This document shows positions 1 through 9,934 of a DNA stretch of 60,854 nt, one piece after another. Within the stretch, counting starts at the first letter, position 1. Each line of letters starts with the position of its first letter. The notes beneath the pieces were generated by a model. That model had not been told where the DNA came from. It saw only the letters and a program-made list of their open reading frames with translations, and did no database searches. Position numbers and translations under genes: made by a program. Source of the DNA: a bacterium (GTDB lineage Bacteria; Patescibacteriota; Minisyncoccia; Phycocordibacterales; Phycocordibacteraceae); NCBI GenBank assembly GCA_021811365.1, contig JAJZPB010000003.1, forward strand, positions 1-60,854. The letters run 5' to 3'.

Positions 1-1
1 G

Positions 2-967
2 GGCTTTGTCGCGCTTCACGCGCTGAATCACTCGCTATTCAAGTCAGGACTCTTTATGGCGACCGGTGCGGTTGTTGCGCAGACGCACACGCGCGACCTT
101 GACCGTCTCGGCGGGCTCGCACGGTTGTGGCCGCTTTTTTCGGTCGTCTTTCTTGCGCTCGCGCTCTCCGCGGCAGCGCTGCCGCCCACGGGGACCTTTT
201 TCGGCGAGTGGCTCCTTCTGCAGTCTCTAGCACTCGGCTTAGCGAACAGCGCACCCGCGGTCGCTCTTGGTGGCGCCCTCGTGCTTGCAGTCGTGGCGCT
301 CGTGAGCGGGCTCGCCGTCTTTGCGTTTATTAAGCTTTTCAGCGTTGCGTTTCTTGGACGCGCTCGCACGAGCGAGGCCGAGCACGTCTCGCCCATGCCG
401 CGTTCACTTACGCTGCCACCGCTCGTGGCGTCAGTGCTTGTGCTTTTCTCAGGTCTCTTCGCGTTTCCGTATCTTTCTCAGCTTCCGCGTACGCAGGTGT
501 TGCAGCTTCCGCTTGTGAGCACTGTGGTGCCTGGAGCCGCTATGAGCGCATCAATTGCCTTGCTCGCGCTTGTGCTCGCCCTTGTGATCGTCGCCGCTGT
601 GTATCGCACGTTCGCTCGTCGAAGCATACGCGTTACCGATACCTGGGACTGCGGCACCCCCCTTACGCCGCGCATGCAGTACACGGCGACCGGATTTTCG
701 GCGCCAATTCGGTTCTTTTTCCGTTCTCTCGTGCTCGCACAAAAGCAAATGGTTGCCGAACCGGTAGTGAGCACTAATCCTTGGATAGCAACGCGCCGTC
801 TTTCCTGGACGACGGAGTCTTTTTGGGAAGCGTGGCTCTATCGGCCGGTGGGGAAGGCGACACTTGCGCTCTCCTCTCTCGTGCGCAGATTGCAGAATGG
901 CGCAGTGCAGTTCTATCTTGCGCTCGTGTTTCTAACGCTTATCGGTGTGATTCTCTACGCGCTATGA
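2..967 (+). CDS. hyfB: HyfB-like / MrpA-D-like proton-translocating membrane subunit (5' truncated by window edge)
   Basis: Frame is open from nt 2 (GFVALHALNHSLFKSGLFM, NuoL/HyfB-type NH..FK motif); PPTGTFFGEW; W-D-CG and MQYTATGFS C-terminal motifs; first gene of a hyfB-C-E-F-G order. Confidence 0.8.
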   Translation, partial: GFVALHALNHSLFKSGLFMATGAVVAQTHTRDLDRLGGLARLWPLFSVVFLALALSAAALPPTGTFFGEWLLLQSLALGLANSAPAVALGGALVLAVVALVSGLAVFAFIKLFSVAFLGRARTSEAEHVSPMPRSLTLPPLVASVLVLFSGLFAFPYLSQLPRTQVLQLPLVSTVVPGAAMSASIALLALVLALVIVAAVYRTFARRSIRVTDTWDCGTPLTPRMQYTATGFSAPIRFFFRSLVLAQKQMVAEPVVSTNPWIATRRLSWTTESFWEAWLYRPVGKATLALSSLVRRLQNGAVQFYLALVFLTLIGVILYAL

Positions 968-1905
968 CCGCTATGCTTTTTATTCTTCAGGGCAGTACAA
1001 CGCTTGCACTTGCGCCGCTTATGGTTGGGTTCGTGCGCTTTTTCAAGGCACGGTTCCAGAATCGCCGCGGCGCTCCGCCGTGGTTGCCGTACGTCTCGCT
1101 CTGGTCGCTTTTTGCTAAGGAGATGACCATTACACGCTACAGCTCGTGGGTGTTCCGCTCGGTGCCCTTCGTGGTTGCGGGCGTTGCGGTGCTGCTGGCA
1201 TTCTCAGTTCCTACCTTTGCCTACGGGGTGATCCCCGAACCGCTCTCAAATCTTTTTTTCATCGGGGGGCTGTTCGCGCTCGGTTCGGTGTGGCTCGTGC
1301 TGGGCGGCATGGATGCGGCGAGCACCTTCGGCAACATGGGCTCGAGTCGTGAGATGACCCTTGCGGCATTCGTAGAGCCCGCGCTCTATTTGGGCCTCTC
1401 GACAATCGCGAGCGCTGCTGGGGTCTGGAGTCTCGACGGCATGCTTGCTCACAGTGCGAGCACGCCGTGGGAAGCAGGCGTATTGCCGCTCGCCTTCACG
1501 TTCGGCGCGCTGTTGCTCGTCGTACTTGCCGAGAACGCGCGCTACCCGGTTGATAACCCCGCGACGCACCTTGAACTCACGATGGTGCACGAAGCGATGG
1601 TGCTTGAGTATTCGGGCCCGTATCTAGCGTTTCTCGAATACGCATCGGCGGTGAAGCTATTGGTAACGACGCTCTTTCTCTTCGCGCTCGTGCTGCCGTT
1701 TGGGTTGGTGCACGCTGGAGCGTCGCCGCTCTGGGCGGTCGTTTGGTATGCTGTCCGCTTCTTACTCGCGGCTTTCACGGTTGCGAGCATCGAGTCCATG
1801 ATCGTGAAGATGCGTTTTTATCGAATGCAAGAGTATTTTTCGCTTGCATTTTTTGTGGCGCTCGCCGGTCTCGCACTCGTTCTTCTGCAGCGCGGCATCT
1901 TCTAA
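964..1905 (+). CDS. hyfC: HyfC / NuoH-like (complex I subunit 1 family) membrane subunit
   Basis: ATGA overlap with the previous stop; FQNRRGAPP, GNMGSSRE, ENARYPVDNPATHLELTMVHEAM..EYSG motifs. Confidence 0.88.
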   Translation: MTAMLFILQGSTTLALAPLMVGFVRFFKARFQNRRGAPPWLPYVSLWSLFAKEMTITRYSSWVFRSVPFVVAGVAVLLAFSVPTFAYGVIPEPLSNLFFIGGLFALGSVWLVLGGMDAASTFGNMGSSREMTLAAFVEPALYLGLSTIASAAGVWSLDGMLAHSASTPWEAGVLPLAFTFGALLLVVLAENARYPVDNPATHLELTMVHEAMVLEYSGPYLAFLEYASAVKLLVTTLFLFALVLPFGLVHAGASPLWAVVWYAVRFLLAAFTVASIESMIVKMRFYRMQEYFSLAFFVALAGLALVLLQRGIF

Positions 1906-1908
1906 TCT

Positions 1909-2556
1909 ATGGAACCCCTTTTCCTCATTCATTTGTGCCTGCTCGGAGCGATGCTCGCGGCTTTCCTTATGGCGAGCCGCATGCGGCTCGCCTCGCTCGC
2001 CTCGCTGTATGCGATTCAGGCGCTGCTGCTTTCGGCTGCGGCGGCGCTCTTCGCGATTGCGTATGGAGACGCTGCGGCGTACGTGGTTGCGGGTCTTACG
2101 TTCGTGCTTAAAGTGCTACTTATTCCGTACTGGTTTGTACGCATTGTGCGCGCGCACGGCTCGAGCGAGCGGCTGATGGCGTTTGTACGCCCGACGCTGC
2201 TCTCCTTCGCAGCGTTTACTGCGATTCTCTTTTCGAGCTTTGTCGCGCAATCGCTTGCGCTCGCCTCCGGAGCTTCCTATGTCGGACTTACGGCTTCCAT
2301 CGCACTTATTCTGACTGGGTTCCTCATGCTTATGACGCGCCGCGATATGATCGGGCTCGGGTTCGGTTTTCTCGTGGTAGAGAACGGGGTTTTTACGCTC
2401 GGGCTCGCGCTCACGGGAGGCCTTCCGCTTTTCATCGAGCTCGGCGTGCTGTTTGATCTTTCAATTTTCTTCGTGCTCCTCGTTGCCTTTGCTCTCCGCG
2501 CACAGCGAGAACATGCGTCGCTCGCTACGGATTATTTGCACGAGCTTATCGGATAA
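1909..2556 (+). CDS. hyfE: HyfE-like membrane subunit
   Basis: 215-aa polytopic protein; LKVLLIPY, GFLVVENG and ELGVLFD motifs; position in operon. Confidence 0.82.
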   Translation: MEPLFLIHLCLLGAMLAAFLMASRMRLASLASLYAIQALLLSAAAALFAIAYGDAAAYVVAGLTFVLKVLLIPYWFVRIVRAHGSSERLMAFVRPTLLSFAAFTAILFSSFVAQSLALASGASYVGLTASIALILTGFLMLMTRRDMIGLGFGFLVVENGVFTLGLALTGGLPLFIELGVLFDLSIFFVLLVAFALRAQREHASLATDYLHELIG

Positions 2557-2566
2557 GCACAAACCC

Positions 2567-4033
2567 ATGATTCCAACCCTTCTTGTGTGCGTCAGCCTGT
2601 TGAGCGCCTTTGTGCCGTTCCTTACGCGCTCGGCGCGCGGCGCGGCGCTCTCGAGCGCCGCGGGAAGCACGGCGGTATTCGGCCTCAGTATTGCCGTCGC
2701 GATACAGGCATTTGCGGCGTCCGGCACTGCCGGGGCAGTCTGGTACCTCAGTCCGCTCGCCGGGCTCATGGTCGTGCTCATCAGCTTTGTGGGTTGGACT
2801 GCGGCAATCGCGAGCATATCGTACCTCTCGACCGAAGCGCACGAGGGCGTTATCACCGCGCGGCAAGCGCGGCATTACGGAGCTCTCGCCGCGCTTTTTG
2901 TGAGCTCGATGCTTCTCGTCGTGCTTTCGAACAACCTTGGTCTTATGTGGGTGGCGCTCGAGGCGACGACGCTTACTACTGCTCTGCTCGTTGCGTTTTA
3001 TGCGCGGCGCGGATCGCTCGAAGCGGCGTGGAAGTATTTGATTCTCTGCTCGATGGGGATTGCACTTGGATTTATGGGGGTCATGCTCGTGTATGCAGCG
3101 GCCGCATCCGTTGGGATGAGTGGGTTTGCCGCACTTGATTTCTCCGCGCTGCTGCACGGCGCGTCGACACTTCCGCCCGCGCTCATGCGCCTTGCGTTTG
3201 CTTTCGTGCTCGTCGGGTTTGGCACGAAGGTCGGATTGGTACCGATGCACGCGTGGCTGCCTGATGCGCACTCGAGCGCGCCTTCTCCGATCTCCGGCAT
3301 GCTCTCCGGCATTCTCCTCACGACCGCGCTGTTTGCGATTTTGCGGTACAGGGTACTCGTAGACGCTGCGCTTGGCTCGACGCAGTACACGGAGACGCTC
3401 TTTCTCGCATTTGGCGCGCTTACGACCGTCGTGTCGGCGCTTTTCATTCTCGTGCAGCTCGACTACAAGCGCCTGCTCGCCTACTCAAGCATCGAGCACA
3501 TGGGCCTTACCGTGTTTGCGCTCGGTCTCGGAGTTCCGGGAGCAATCATTGCGATTATCCACCTCGTTGGCCACGCGCTCGCTAAACCGCTTCTCTTTTT
3601 CGGAGCAGGGAACGTGCTCCTGCGCTTTCAGAGCACGAAGTTCGAACGTGTGTGGGGGGTTGTGCGCGCGCTGCCGTACACGGGCGGATTTTTCCTGTTC
3701 GGCCTTCTCGCGCTCCTTGCTGTCCCGCCGTCGCCGCTTTTTATGAGCGAGTACCTGCTTATGGCGACTGCGGTTATGCAGCACGCATATCTTTTTGTAG
3801 CGATCGCCGTTGCCCTTGTGCTCGTCTTTACCGGTTTTGCCCGCGCGTTTTTCCCGTTCATTTTCAGCCGCGCCGAGCTTCCGAGCCAGGTTGTTTCGCC
3901 GGAGGGCGAGCGGTGGAATAGCGCGCATACCGCTATGGCGCTGCATGCAGGATTGATTCTGCTTTTCGGTATCGCGCTCTTTGCTGGGTATGCGTTCCCC
4001 ATTATCAGCCGAATCGCGTCATCGCTTTCATAA
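2567..4033 (+). CDS. hyfF: HyfF-like proton-translocating membrane subunit
   Basis: WVALEATTL, EAAWKY, GFGTKVGLVPMHAWLPDAHS, KRLLAYSSIEHMG motifs; start placed at ATG 2567, after the hyfE stop. Confidence 0.88.
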   Translation: MIPTLLVCVSLLSAFVPFLTRSARGAALSSAAGSTAVFGLSIAVAIQAFAASGTAGAVWYLSPLAGLMVVLISFVGWTAAIASISYLSTEAHEGVITARQARHYGALAALFVSSMLLVVLSNNLGLMWVALEATTLTTALLVAFYARRGSLEAAWKYLILCSMGIALGFMGVMLVYAAAASVGMSGFAALDFSALLHGASTLPPALMRLAFAFVLVGFGTKVGLVPMHAWLPDAHSSAPSPISGMLSGILLTTALFAILRYRVLVDAALGSTQYTETLFLAFGALTTVVSALFILVQLDYKRLLAYSSIEHMGLTVFALGLGVPGAIIAIIHLVGHALAKPLLFFGAGNVLLRFQSTKFERVWGVVRALPYTGGFFLFGLLALLAVPPSPLFMSEYLLMATAVMQHAYLFVAIAVALVLVFTGFARAFFPFIFSRAELPSQVVSPEGERWNSAHTAMALHAGLILLFGIALFAGYAFPIISRIASSLS

Positions 4034-4035
4034 GT

Positions 4036-5574
4036 ATGAACATCGACCAGCTCTGTTCCCAACTGGGTTTTGTGCGCAGTAAAGGAGGCGTCGTTGAAAT
4101 TCCTTCTGCTGAACTCGCCGAGCGCGCCCAGGCGCTTACGGCAGCGAATGTCCCACTTGCGTTCATGTATGCGACCGACGAGCGCGCTCTGGGTGCTGGC
4201 TTTGCGGTGCATGCGGTGTTCTCGCTAGCGGGCTCGGGCTTTCTTACGCTAAGCTCCGCGCTTGATGCGGACGCGCCGGCGTATCCCTCACTGACGCGTA
4301 CCACTATGGCGGCGCATTGGTACGAGCGGCTCATGGGAGACCAGTTCGGTATCGTTGCTGAAGGACATCCCGATTGGCGTCGGCTCATGCATCACGAAAA
4401 TATTCCGGTCGGTACCTACCCGCTGCGCAAGGACTTTGCCTGGAATACCAAGTTGGCGCAGGCGAAAGAGCCGTACCCGATGCATCAGGTCGAAGGGAAG
4501 GGGATCTACGAAATTCCGGTGGGGCCCATCCATGCGGGGGTCATTGAACCGGGCCATTTCCGTTTTAACGTGCGCGGCGAACGCATTCTCGCGCTTGAAG
4601 GCAAGCTTTTCTTCACGCATAAGGGCGTCGAAAAACTGGTGGAAGGGAAGACTCCCGAGGAAGCGATGCGGTTTGTTGAACGGATTTCAGGCGACATGGT
4701 CGTGGGGCACACCCTCGCCTATGCGGAAGCGGTTGAGCGCGCGGTGGGCCACACCATCACGCCGCGCGCCGCGCGGTTGCGGGTCGTCTGGAGTGAACTG
4801 GAGCGGATCAGCGGGCACGTGTTCGACATCGGTAACATGGCGGGGAACGGCACCGGCTTCACTTTTATGGCCGCTCAGGGTTTTCGCATGCTCGAGGAGC
4901 TACGCCGTCTCTATGAGTCACTCGTCGGGCATCGGTATTTGCGCGGCGCAATAGTGCTTGGTGGCGCGTACGATATCGAAGAAGACGCGCAGGAGCAGCT
5001 GCGTTCACAGCTAGAGAAAACCGAGCGCGAACTCAAGACGATTCTGAATATCGCATTCCAGAGCGACGGGCTGATGGAGCGTTTCGAAACGACGGGAGTG
5101 CTCTCGCAAGCAGCCGCGCGCGCCTACGGCGCCCGCGGTATCGGCGCCCGCGGTTCCAACATCCCGGCTGACGTGCGCCGCGACCATCCGTACGCTGCGT
5201 ACGCAGAACTTCCTTTTGCGGTAGTGACCGAGCCGGCCGGCGATGTAGCCGCTCGTTTCAAGGTGCGCGCGCGTGAAGTTACCCAGTCCCTCGCCCTTAT
5301 TCGTGCGGCTCTCGCTTCGATGCCAGAGGGCAGTGCTGTGTCTACGGTTACGATCAAGCAAGGCGACGCGCTCGGGTGGGCGGAAAGCTTCCGCGGCGCG
5401 GTAATCGATTTCGTGCGCCTCGACGCGCAGGGCAAAATCGATCGGCTTGCGGTTTCCGATCCGTCATTTATGAACTGGCCGCTATTCGGCGAACTCGGCC
5501 CTGGCAACATCGTTCCTGATTTTCCCCTCTGCAACAAAAGCCTTGGCCTTTCGTATTCGGGTACGGATTTGTAA
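4036..5574 (+). CDS. HycE/HyfG-like large subunit (NuoC+NuoD fusion) of an Ehr-type complex, lacking NiFe-binding CxxC motifs
   Basis: HWYER, GPIHAGVIEPGHFRF and HKGVEK motifs. L1 site reads ERISGDMVVGH (no Cys); L2 site reads DFPLCNKSLGLSYSGTDL (one Cys). Confidence 0.85.
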   Translation: MNIDQLCSQLGFVRSKGGVVEIPSAELAERAQALTAANVPLAFMYATDERALGAGFAVHAVFSLAGSGFLTLSSALDADAPAYPSLTRTTMAAHWYERLMGDQFGIVAEGHPDWRRLMHHENIPVGTYPLRKDFAWNTKLAQAKEPYPMHQVEGKGIYEIPVGPIHAGVIEPGHFRFNVRGERILALEGKLFFTHKGVEKLVEGKTPEEAMRFVERISGDMVVGHTLAYAEAVERAVGHTITPRAARLRVVWSELERISGHVFDIGNMAGNGTGFTFMAAQGFRMLEELRRLYESLVGHRYLRGAIVLGGAYDIEEDAQEQLRSQLEKTERELKTILNIAFQSDGLMERFETTGVLSQAAARAYGARGIGARGSNIPADVRRDHPYAAYAELPFAVVTEPAGDVAARFKVRAREVTQSLALIRAALASMPEGSAVSTVTIKQGDALGWAESFRGAVIDFVRLDAQGKIDRLAVSDPSFMNWPLFGELGPGNIVPDFPLCNKSLGLSYSGTDL

Positions 5575-5609
5575 TCGTCGAACACATATCATTGTGAGGA
5601 TAAATGGAA

Positions 5610-5637
5610 GACCCGCTAGCAAAGCTGCTAGCGGGTC
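5610..5637. terminator. Hairpin between convergent genes, probable bidirectional terminator
   Basis: GACCCGCTAGCA-aagc-TGCTAGCGGGTC, perfect 12-bp stem. Confidence 0.65.
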
Positions 5638-5656
5638 AGTTCCTTCAGTCAGGCGC

Positions 5657-6238
5657 TTACGCTGCCGCGCGGAGCAGCAGTTTGCGCTGTTCCGGTATAT
5701 CGGCCTTCAGGAAGGAAACGGTTTCAGTGAGCTCCTCTTCAAGGGTCATGGCGGTGAGGTGGTGAATGCGTTGCGTCCCATCGTCGCAATACGCTGCGTC
5801 GGCCGCAGCCAGGTACGGCTCGAGGGGTTTCCGTGCAATGTATGCGGTCGGCGCAACCCCTCCCTGTTCGAGGATACGGCTCCGCACCAGGCCCTTGTGG
5901 AAGCCGAGCGTCTGCGGGCAGGCCCCGAACCGGATTGCAGCGTGATAGGCCTCGCGGCCGTATTCGTGGATAAACAACGCACTGTACGCCCCGCGCTTGA
6001 GTGCGGGGATGATCTTGCGCTCGGTCATTTCGTTCATGTTGACCCAGCGCAGGAGCAGCCGAGAGGTGGGAAGCAGTGCTGCCATGTCCTCATGGTCCCT
6101 CGACACGCCGCTTTCAAAGGTGCTGCCGAGAAACGCGAACGCCTGATCCGGGAAATGGATACGGTGCAGGGACTCGAGTTCCTTGTACAGCGGGAGATCT
6201 GAAATGGAATACAAAAGAGCTGGTTGCTGCTGTCGCAC
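5657..6238 (-). CDS. Hypothetical protein, possibly a degenerate thymidylate-kinase-fold protein
   Basis: RLLLRW...KIIPALKRG resembles the TMK 'ELLLF...VIxPALxxG' segment, but there is no P-loop and no DR motif. Confidence 0.45.
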   Translation of the reverse strand: MRQQQPALLYSISDLPLYKELESLHRIHFPDQAFAFLGSTFESGVSRDHEDMAALLPTSRLLLRWVNMNEMTERKIIPALKRGAYSALFIHEYGREAYHAAIRFGACPQTLGFHKGLVRSRILEQGGVAPTAYIARKPLEPYLAAADAAYCDDGTQRIHHLTAMTLEEELTETVSFLKADIPEQRKLLLRAAA

Positions 6239-6264
6239 GCGATTTCCCCTTGTGGTGGAAGTCG

Positions 6265-6289
6265 TATTGGCGCCCCTATGGCGCCAATA
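6265..6289. repeat. 10-bp perfect inverted repeat in a divergent promoter region
   Basis: TATTGGCGCC-cctat-GGCGCCAATA. Confidence 0.7.
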
Positions 6290-6377
6290 GAGCTACTATA
6301 CGCAGTGCTAAATATCTCGCAAGCGGTAGTGGCATCTTCGAGTGCATAGCGAGCCGCTTTCCCGTACACTAGAAAGA

Positions 6378-9236
6378 ATGAAGACCTCGGCGGCTTTTGA
6401 GGAGGCATACGCAAAGCTCAATGCAGAGCAGAAGCGCGCGGTCGACACGGTCGAGGGGCCGGTCATGGTGCTTGCCGGCCCGGGTACGGGTAAAACGAGC
6501 ATCCTCACCTTGCGGGTGGCGAATATCCTTCTCAAGACGGGCGCCAAGCCCGACGAGATCCTCGTGCTTACCTTTACCGACTCGGCCGCGCGCACGGTGG
6601 ATAAGCGCCTCGAGGCGCTTATTGGCGAGGAGGCGGCGCGCGCGGTGGGCGTCTACACGTTCCACAGCTTTGCCGACGAAGTGCTCAAGCGCTATCCGGA
6701 GGCCTTTCCGGATTTCGCTGATAGGCGGCAAATGGGCGAGGTCGAGCACGTACTGCTTTGGCGGGACGTGCTCGAACAGCATCCCTCGGCGCTTCTGCAG
6801 ACGCCGCGCTCACTCTTTCATTACCTCAAAGACCTTAAACAGCTCGAGGACAACCTGGTGCGCGAGTGCTTTTCGCTTGAGGCGTATGCTGCGTGGCTCG
6901 ACAGCGAAGCAAGACGCATCGAGGACGACCCATCGCTGCGCTACGCGCGCGCGACCAAGGACAAGGCAGTCGGCGACCTAAAACCAGAGGGAGAGCAGAA
7001 GCGCGCGCGGCTTGAGAAGGGAAGAGAAGCGATACGGCTCATTGAAGCGTACCGGCGCGAAAAGGATGCACGCGGGCTCTATGGATTTACCGACGTACTA
7101 CGCATCGTCGTCGATGCGCTTGGACGCGACGACGCACTGCGCGCGGACGTGCAGGAGCAGTACCAGTATGTGCTTGCTGACGAGCACCAGGATGCGAACG
7201 CGCTGCAGCACGCGCTGCTCGATGCGCTCGCATTCGATGACCACCCGAATCTTTTCGTGGTGGGCGATGAGAAGCAGGCTATTTTCGGTTTCCAAGGGGC
7301 CGACACTACGCATTTCGGAGCATTTTTGGAGCGCTACCCGCATACGAGCACGATCGCGCTATCGGAAAATTTCCGTTCGTACCAGGAGGTGCTCGATCTC
7401 TCTCACCGACTGCTGGCAGAGTTGCCCTCAAGTACCGGCGCTCATGTGGAGCTGACCGCTGCGCGCGGCCCCGGTGCGAAGATTCGCTTGCTTGCTGCAG
7501 AGGACCCGCTCGCCGAACGCGACGAGGTCGCGACGCTTGTGGAGCGCGCGCTTAAAGAGGGCGTTCCGCCGCACGAGGTTGCCGTCATTACGCTCAAGAA
7601 TAAAACAGCGGAGCTCTTCGCTACGCACCTGCGTGCGCGCGGCATACCAACGCTACGCGCGGGTGACGTCGACCTCGAAGGCCGTCCCGTAATCCGCGTG
7701 CTGCTTTCGCTCCTGCGTGCGACCGTCGACCCGACCGACATAGCCTCCCTGCGCGACGCGCTCCTTGCCCCCTGGTGGCAGGAGCCGCTTGCAGAGCGCG
7801 CGCTCTTTTTGCGTACCACGAGCGACCGCGAATGGGCGGCTGCGCTCGAAAACCGGTTTCCGCAGATTGCTCAGCTTGTGACGACGTTCCAACACCAGGC
7901 GCTCGAGATGCCGCCGCTTAATTTTATATCGGTGCTTCTCGCAAACAGCGGTGCCCGGGCCTACCTCCTGTCGAACGCCGAAGCGCTCGAAGAAGACGTA
8001 CCGCTCGTGCGCCGGCTCATACTCTATATTGAAGAACTTGTGGAGCGGGAACCGAACGAGAGCATTAGGAGCGTCATGGAAGCATTCGACAAGGCGCGCG
8101 AGCATGAGGTCGGCAGCATAAAAGCAAGTGTCACCCAGCGTGCGGGTTTTGTGACGGTGATCACTGCGCATAAAGCAAAGGGAATGGAGTTCCAGCGCGT
8201 GTTCGTGAGCGCGCTCACGAAAGGCGAGTGGGAAGGACGAGGCAGGGGCGCGCTCCTACCATCGCCGTTTGACTACACACGCGCGCGCGAAGAGCTGGTG
8301 CGGATTTTTTACGTCGCGCTTACGCGCGCGAAGGACGAGCTGGTGCTCTCGTACGCGCTTTCTAACGGCGAAGGCCGCGATCAGGCGCCAATCTCGCTTT
8401 TGCCTGTAGGCCTTGAGCGGGTCGAGGTGGACGCCGATCCGTTACCGCTTCTGCACGCAGTGCCGGACGCGCCCGCGCTCATTCGAGATCTGACGCTGCG
8501 CTATCTCACCCACGACGGGCTCTCGCCCTCCGCGTACAATGAATACCTCGAGTCGCCGCCGACTTTTTTTGCGAAGCGCGTGCTGCGCTTACGCGAACCG
8601 GAAACGCGCGCAATTGCAGCGGGGAATGCGGTGCACGCGGGCGTAGCGGAGTACCTGCGGACGGAAGGAAAAACGGCGGCGCGCGCTACTGCGGCGCGCG
8701 GCGCACTCGAGCGCTCATTTGCGCGCTCGCTTCTGCCACGCGGCGATGCGTTTGATGCGCTCGTAGCGCACGGCCACGCGCTTCTTGAACAGGCACTTCA
8801 CGAGCCGTTCTTCGAGCACGAGGCGCTCGAAGTAGAGCAAACAGTTTCACTGGTAAAAAAAATTAGCGGCCAGGATGTTGTGCTCAAGGGCACGCTCGAT
8901 GCGCTCGTTGCGCTTCCGGAAGGGGAGTGCATTATCGACTTTAAAACATCGCGCAGCATTGATAAAGAGACGAAAGAGAAATTTCAGCGGCAGATTGCTT
9001 TTTACGACGTGCTCCTGCGCAGCAATGGCCGCGCGCCGGTTTCCGGTCGTATCGTGCAGCTTACGGAGGACACGCTTGAAGAGTATCCGGTCATGCTTAC
9101 TGAAGCTATGCGCGAAGAGTTTATGACTACGCTTGATGCAGTACTTGCGGAACTTCTGAGCGGGCGCTGGCGCGCTGGCGCGCTTTCTGAATACGATAGC
9201 CTCCTCGAGTTTTTTGCCGCACCAAAAAAGAAATAA
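6378..9236 (+). CDS. UvrD/PcrA-family ATP-dependent helicase with C-terminal PD-(D/E)XK nuclease domain
   Basis: LNAEQKRAV, AGPGTGKT, DEHQD, VGDEKQAIFGFQG, ENFRS, TAHKAKGMEF, YVALTRAK; C-terminal LSPS..., KGTLD...IIDFKT; TACACT 7 nt before ATG 6378. Confidence 0.92.
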   Translation: MKTSAAFEEAYAKLNAEQKRAVDTVEGPVMVLAGPGTGKTSILTLRVANILLKTGAKPDEILVLTFTDSAARTVDKRLEALIGEEAARAVGVYTFHSFADEVLKRYPEAFPDFADRRQMGEVEHVLLWRDVLEQHPSALLQTPRSLFHYLKDLKQLEDNLVRECFSLEAYAAWLDSEARRIEDDPSLRYARATKDKAVGDLKPEGEQKRARLEKGREAIRLIEAYRREKDARGLYGFTDVLRIVVDALGRDDALRADVQEQYQYVLADEHQDANALQHALLDALAFDDHPNLFVVGDEKQAIFGFQGADTTHFGAFLERYPHTSTIALSENFRSYQEVLDLSHRLLAELPSSTGAHVELTAARGPGAKIRLLAAEDPLAERDEVATLVERALKEGVPPHEVAVITLKNKTAELFATHLRARGIPTLRAGDVDLEGRPVIRVLLSLLRATVDPTDIASLRDALLAPWWQEPLAERALFLRTTSDREWAAALENRFPQIAQLVTTFQHQALEMPPLNFISVLLANSGARAYLLSNAEALEEDVPLVRRLILYIEELVEREPNESIRSVMEAFDKAREHEVGSIKASVTQRAGFVTVITAHKAKGMEFQRVFVSALTKGEWEGRGRGALLPSPFDYTRAREELVRIFYVALTRAKDELVLSYALSNGEGRDQAPISLLPVGLERVEVDADPLPLLHAVPDAPALIRDLTLRYLTHDGLSPSAYNEYLESPPTFFAKRVLRLREPETRAIAAGNAVHAGVAEYLRTEGKTAARATAARGALERSFARSLLPRGDAFDALVAHGHALLEQALHEPFFEHEALEVEQTVSLVKKISGQDVVLKGTLDALVALPEGECIIDFKTSRSIDKETKEKFQRQIAFYDVLLRSNGRAPVSGRIVQLTEDTLEEYPVMLTEAMREEFMTTLDAVLAELLSGRWRAGALSEYDSLLEFFAAPKKK

Positions 9237-9243
9237 CGGCGTC

Positions 9244-9927
9244 CTAGTTTCCGTTCCCCAAGGCCTGATCGATTAGCTGCTTCACCGCGCCGTACGAGTA
9301 CGCGCCATCCATAACGACGGGCGCGTGGCCTGGCGCAAGCAGGACGCTGTAGGGCGTACCGCGCGCACCGATGTCTAATGCGTTCTGGCGCTGAGCCATG
9401 ATGCGCGCGTCGACGGTGGTCGAAGCGTTTGCAAGGCAGTTGCCGAAGGATATGCTGTTGGTTACGCCCGCGCTTTGCGCAAGCGCGCCGAAGTGGCTCG
9501 GGTCGGCGGGTTGGTTAGCAAAAAGCTCCTGTTCAAAATTCCAAAAGGCTTGCTCGCCGGCAGTCTTCGCGACGCACTCAGCTGCCTCAGCCGTTTGCAG
9601 CGCGTTTTTGTGCACTTCGGTGAGCGGAAACTCGCGGAAGACCCACGCTACATTGCCTGAGGTGCCTTCCGTAGCGACGATCTGGTGCATCGTTGAATCG
9701 AATGCGCGGCAGTACTCGCAGTCGAAGTCGGAGTATTCGACAATTTTTACCGGAGCCGCGGGGTCGCCGAGAATGTGGTCGCTCGCGCTTACGGGCGTAA
9801 CCAAAGCAGGGTTTCCTTGGCCGGAACTCGTCGACGGTTCGGCCCGGGAAGAGGTGAAGTACACCGCACCAGCAACAATCACTCCGGCGAAAAAAATCGC
9901 GAGCGGAATGGTGAGGCTCCTGTTCAT
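9244..9927 (-). CDS. DsbA-family thioredoxin protein with N-terminal membrane anchor
   Basis: EYSDFDCEYC (CxxC), FREFPL, GTP cis-Pro loop. Confidence 0.9.
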   Translation of the reverse strand: MNRSLTIPLAIFFAGVIVAGAVYFTSSRAEPSTSSGQGNPALVTPVSASDHILGDPAAPVKIVEYSDFDCEYCRAFDSTMHQIVATEGTSGNVAWVFREFPLTEVHKNALQTAEAAECVAKTAGEQAFWNFEQELFANQPADPSHFGALAQSAGVTNSISFGNCLANASTTVDARIMAQRQNALDIGARGTPYSVLLAPGHAPVVMDGAYSYGAVKQLIDQALGNGN

Positions 9928-9934
9928 GGGCGCA

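Noticed and set aside
4036-5574. Annotation as a true [NiFe] group 4 hydrogenase
   Set aside because: Both Ni-ligating CxxC motifs are missing, and no maturation genes are seen.
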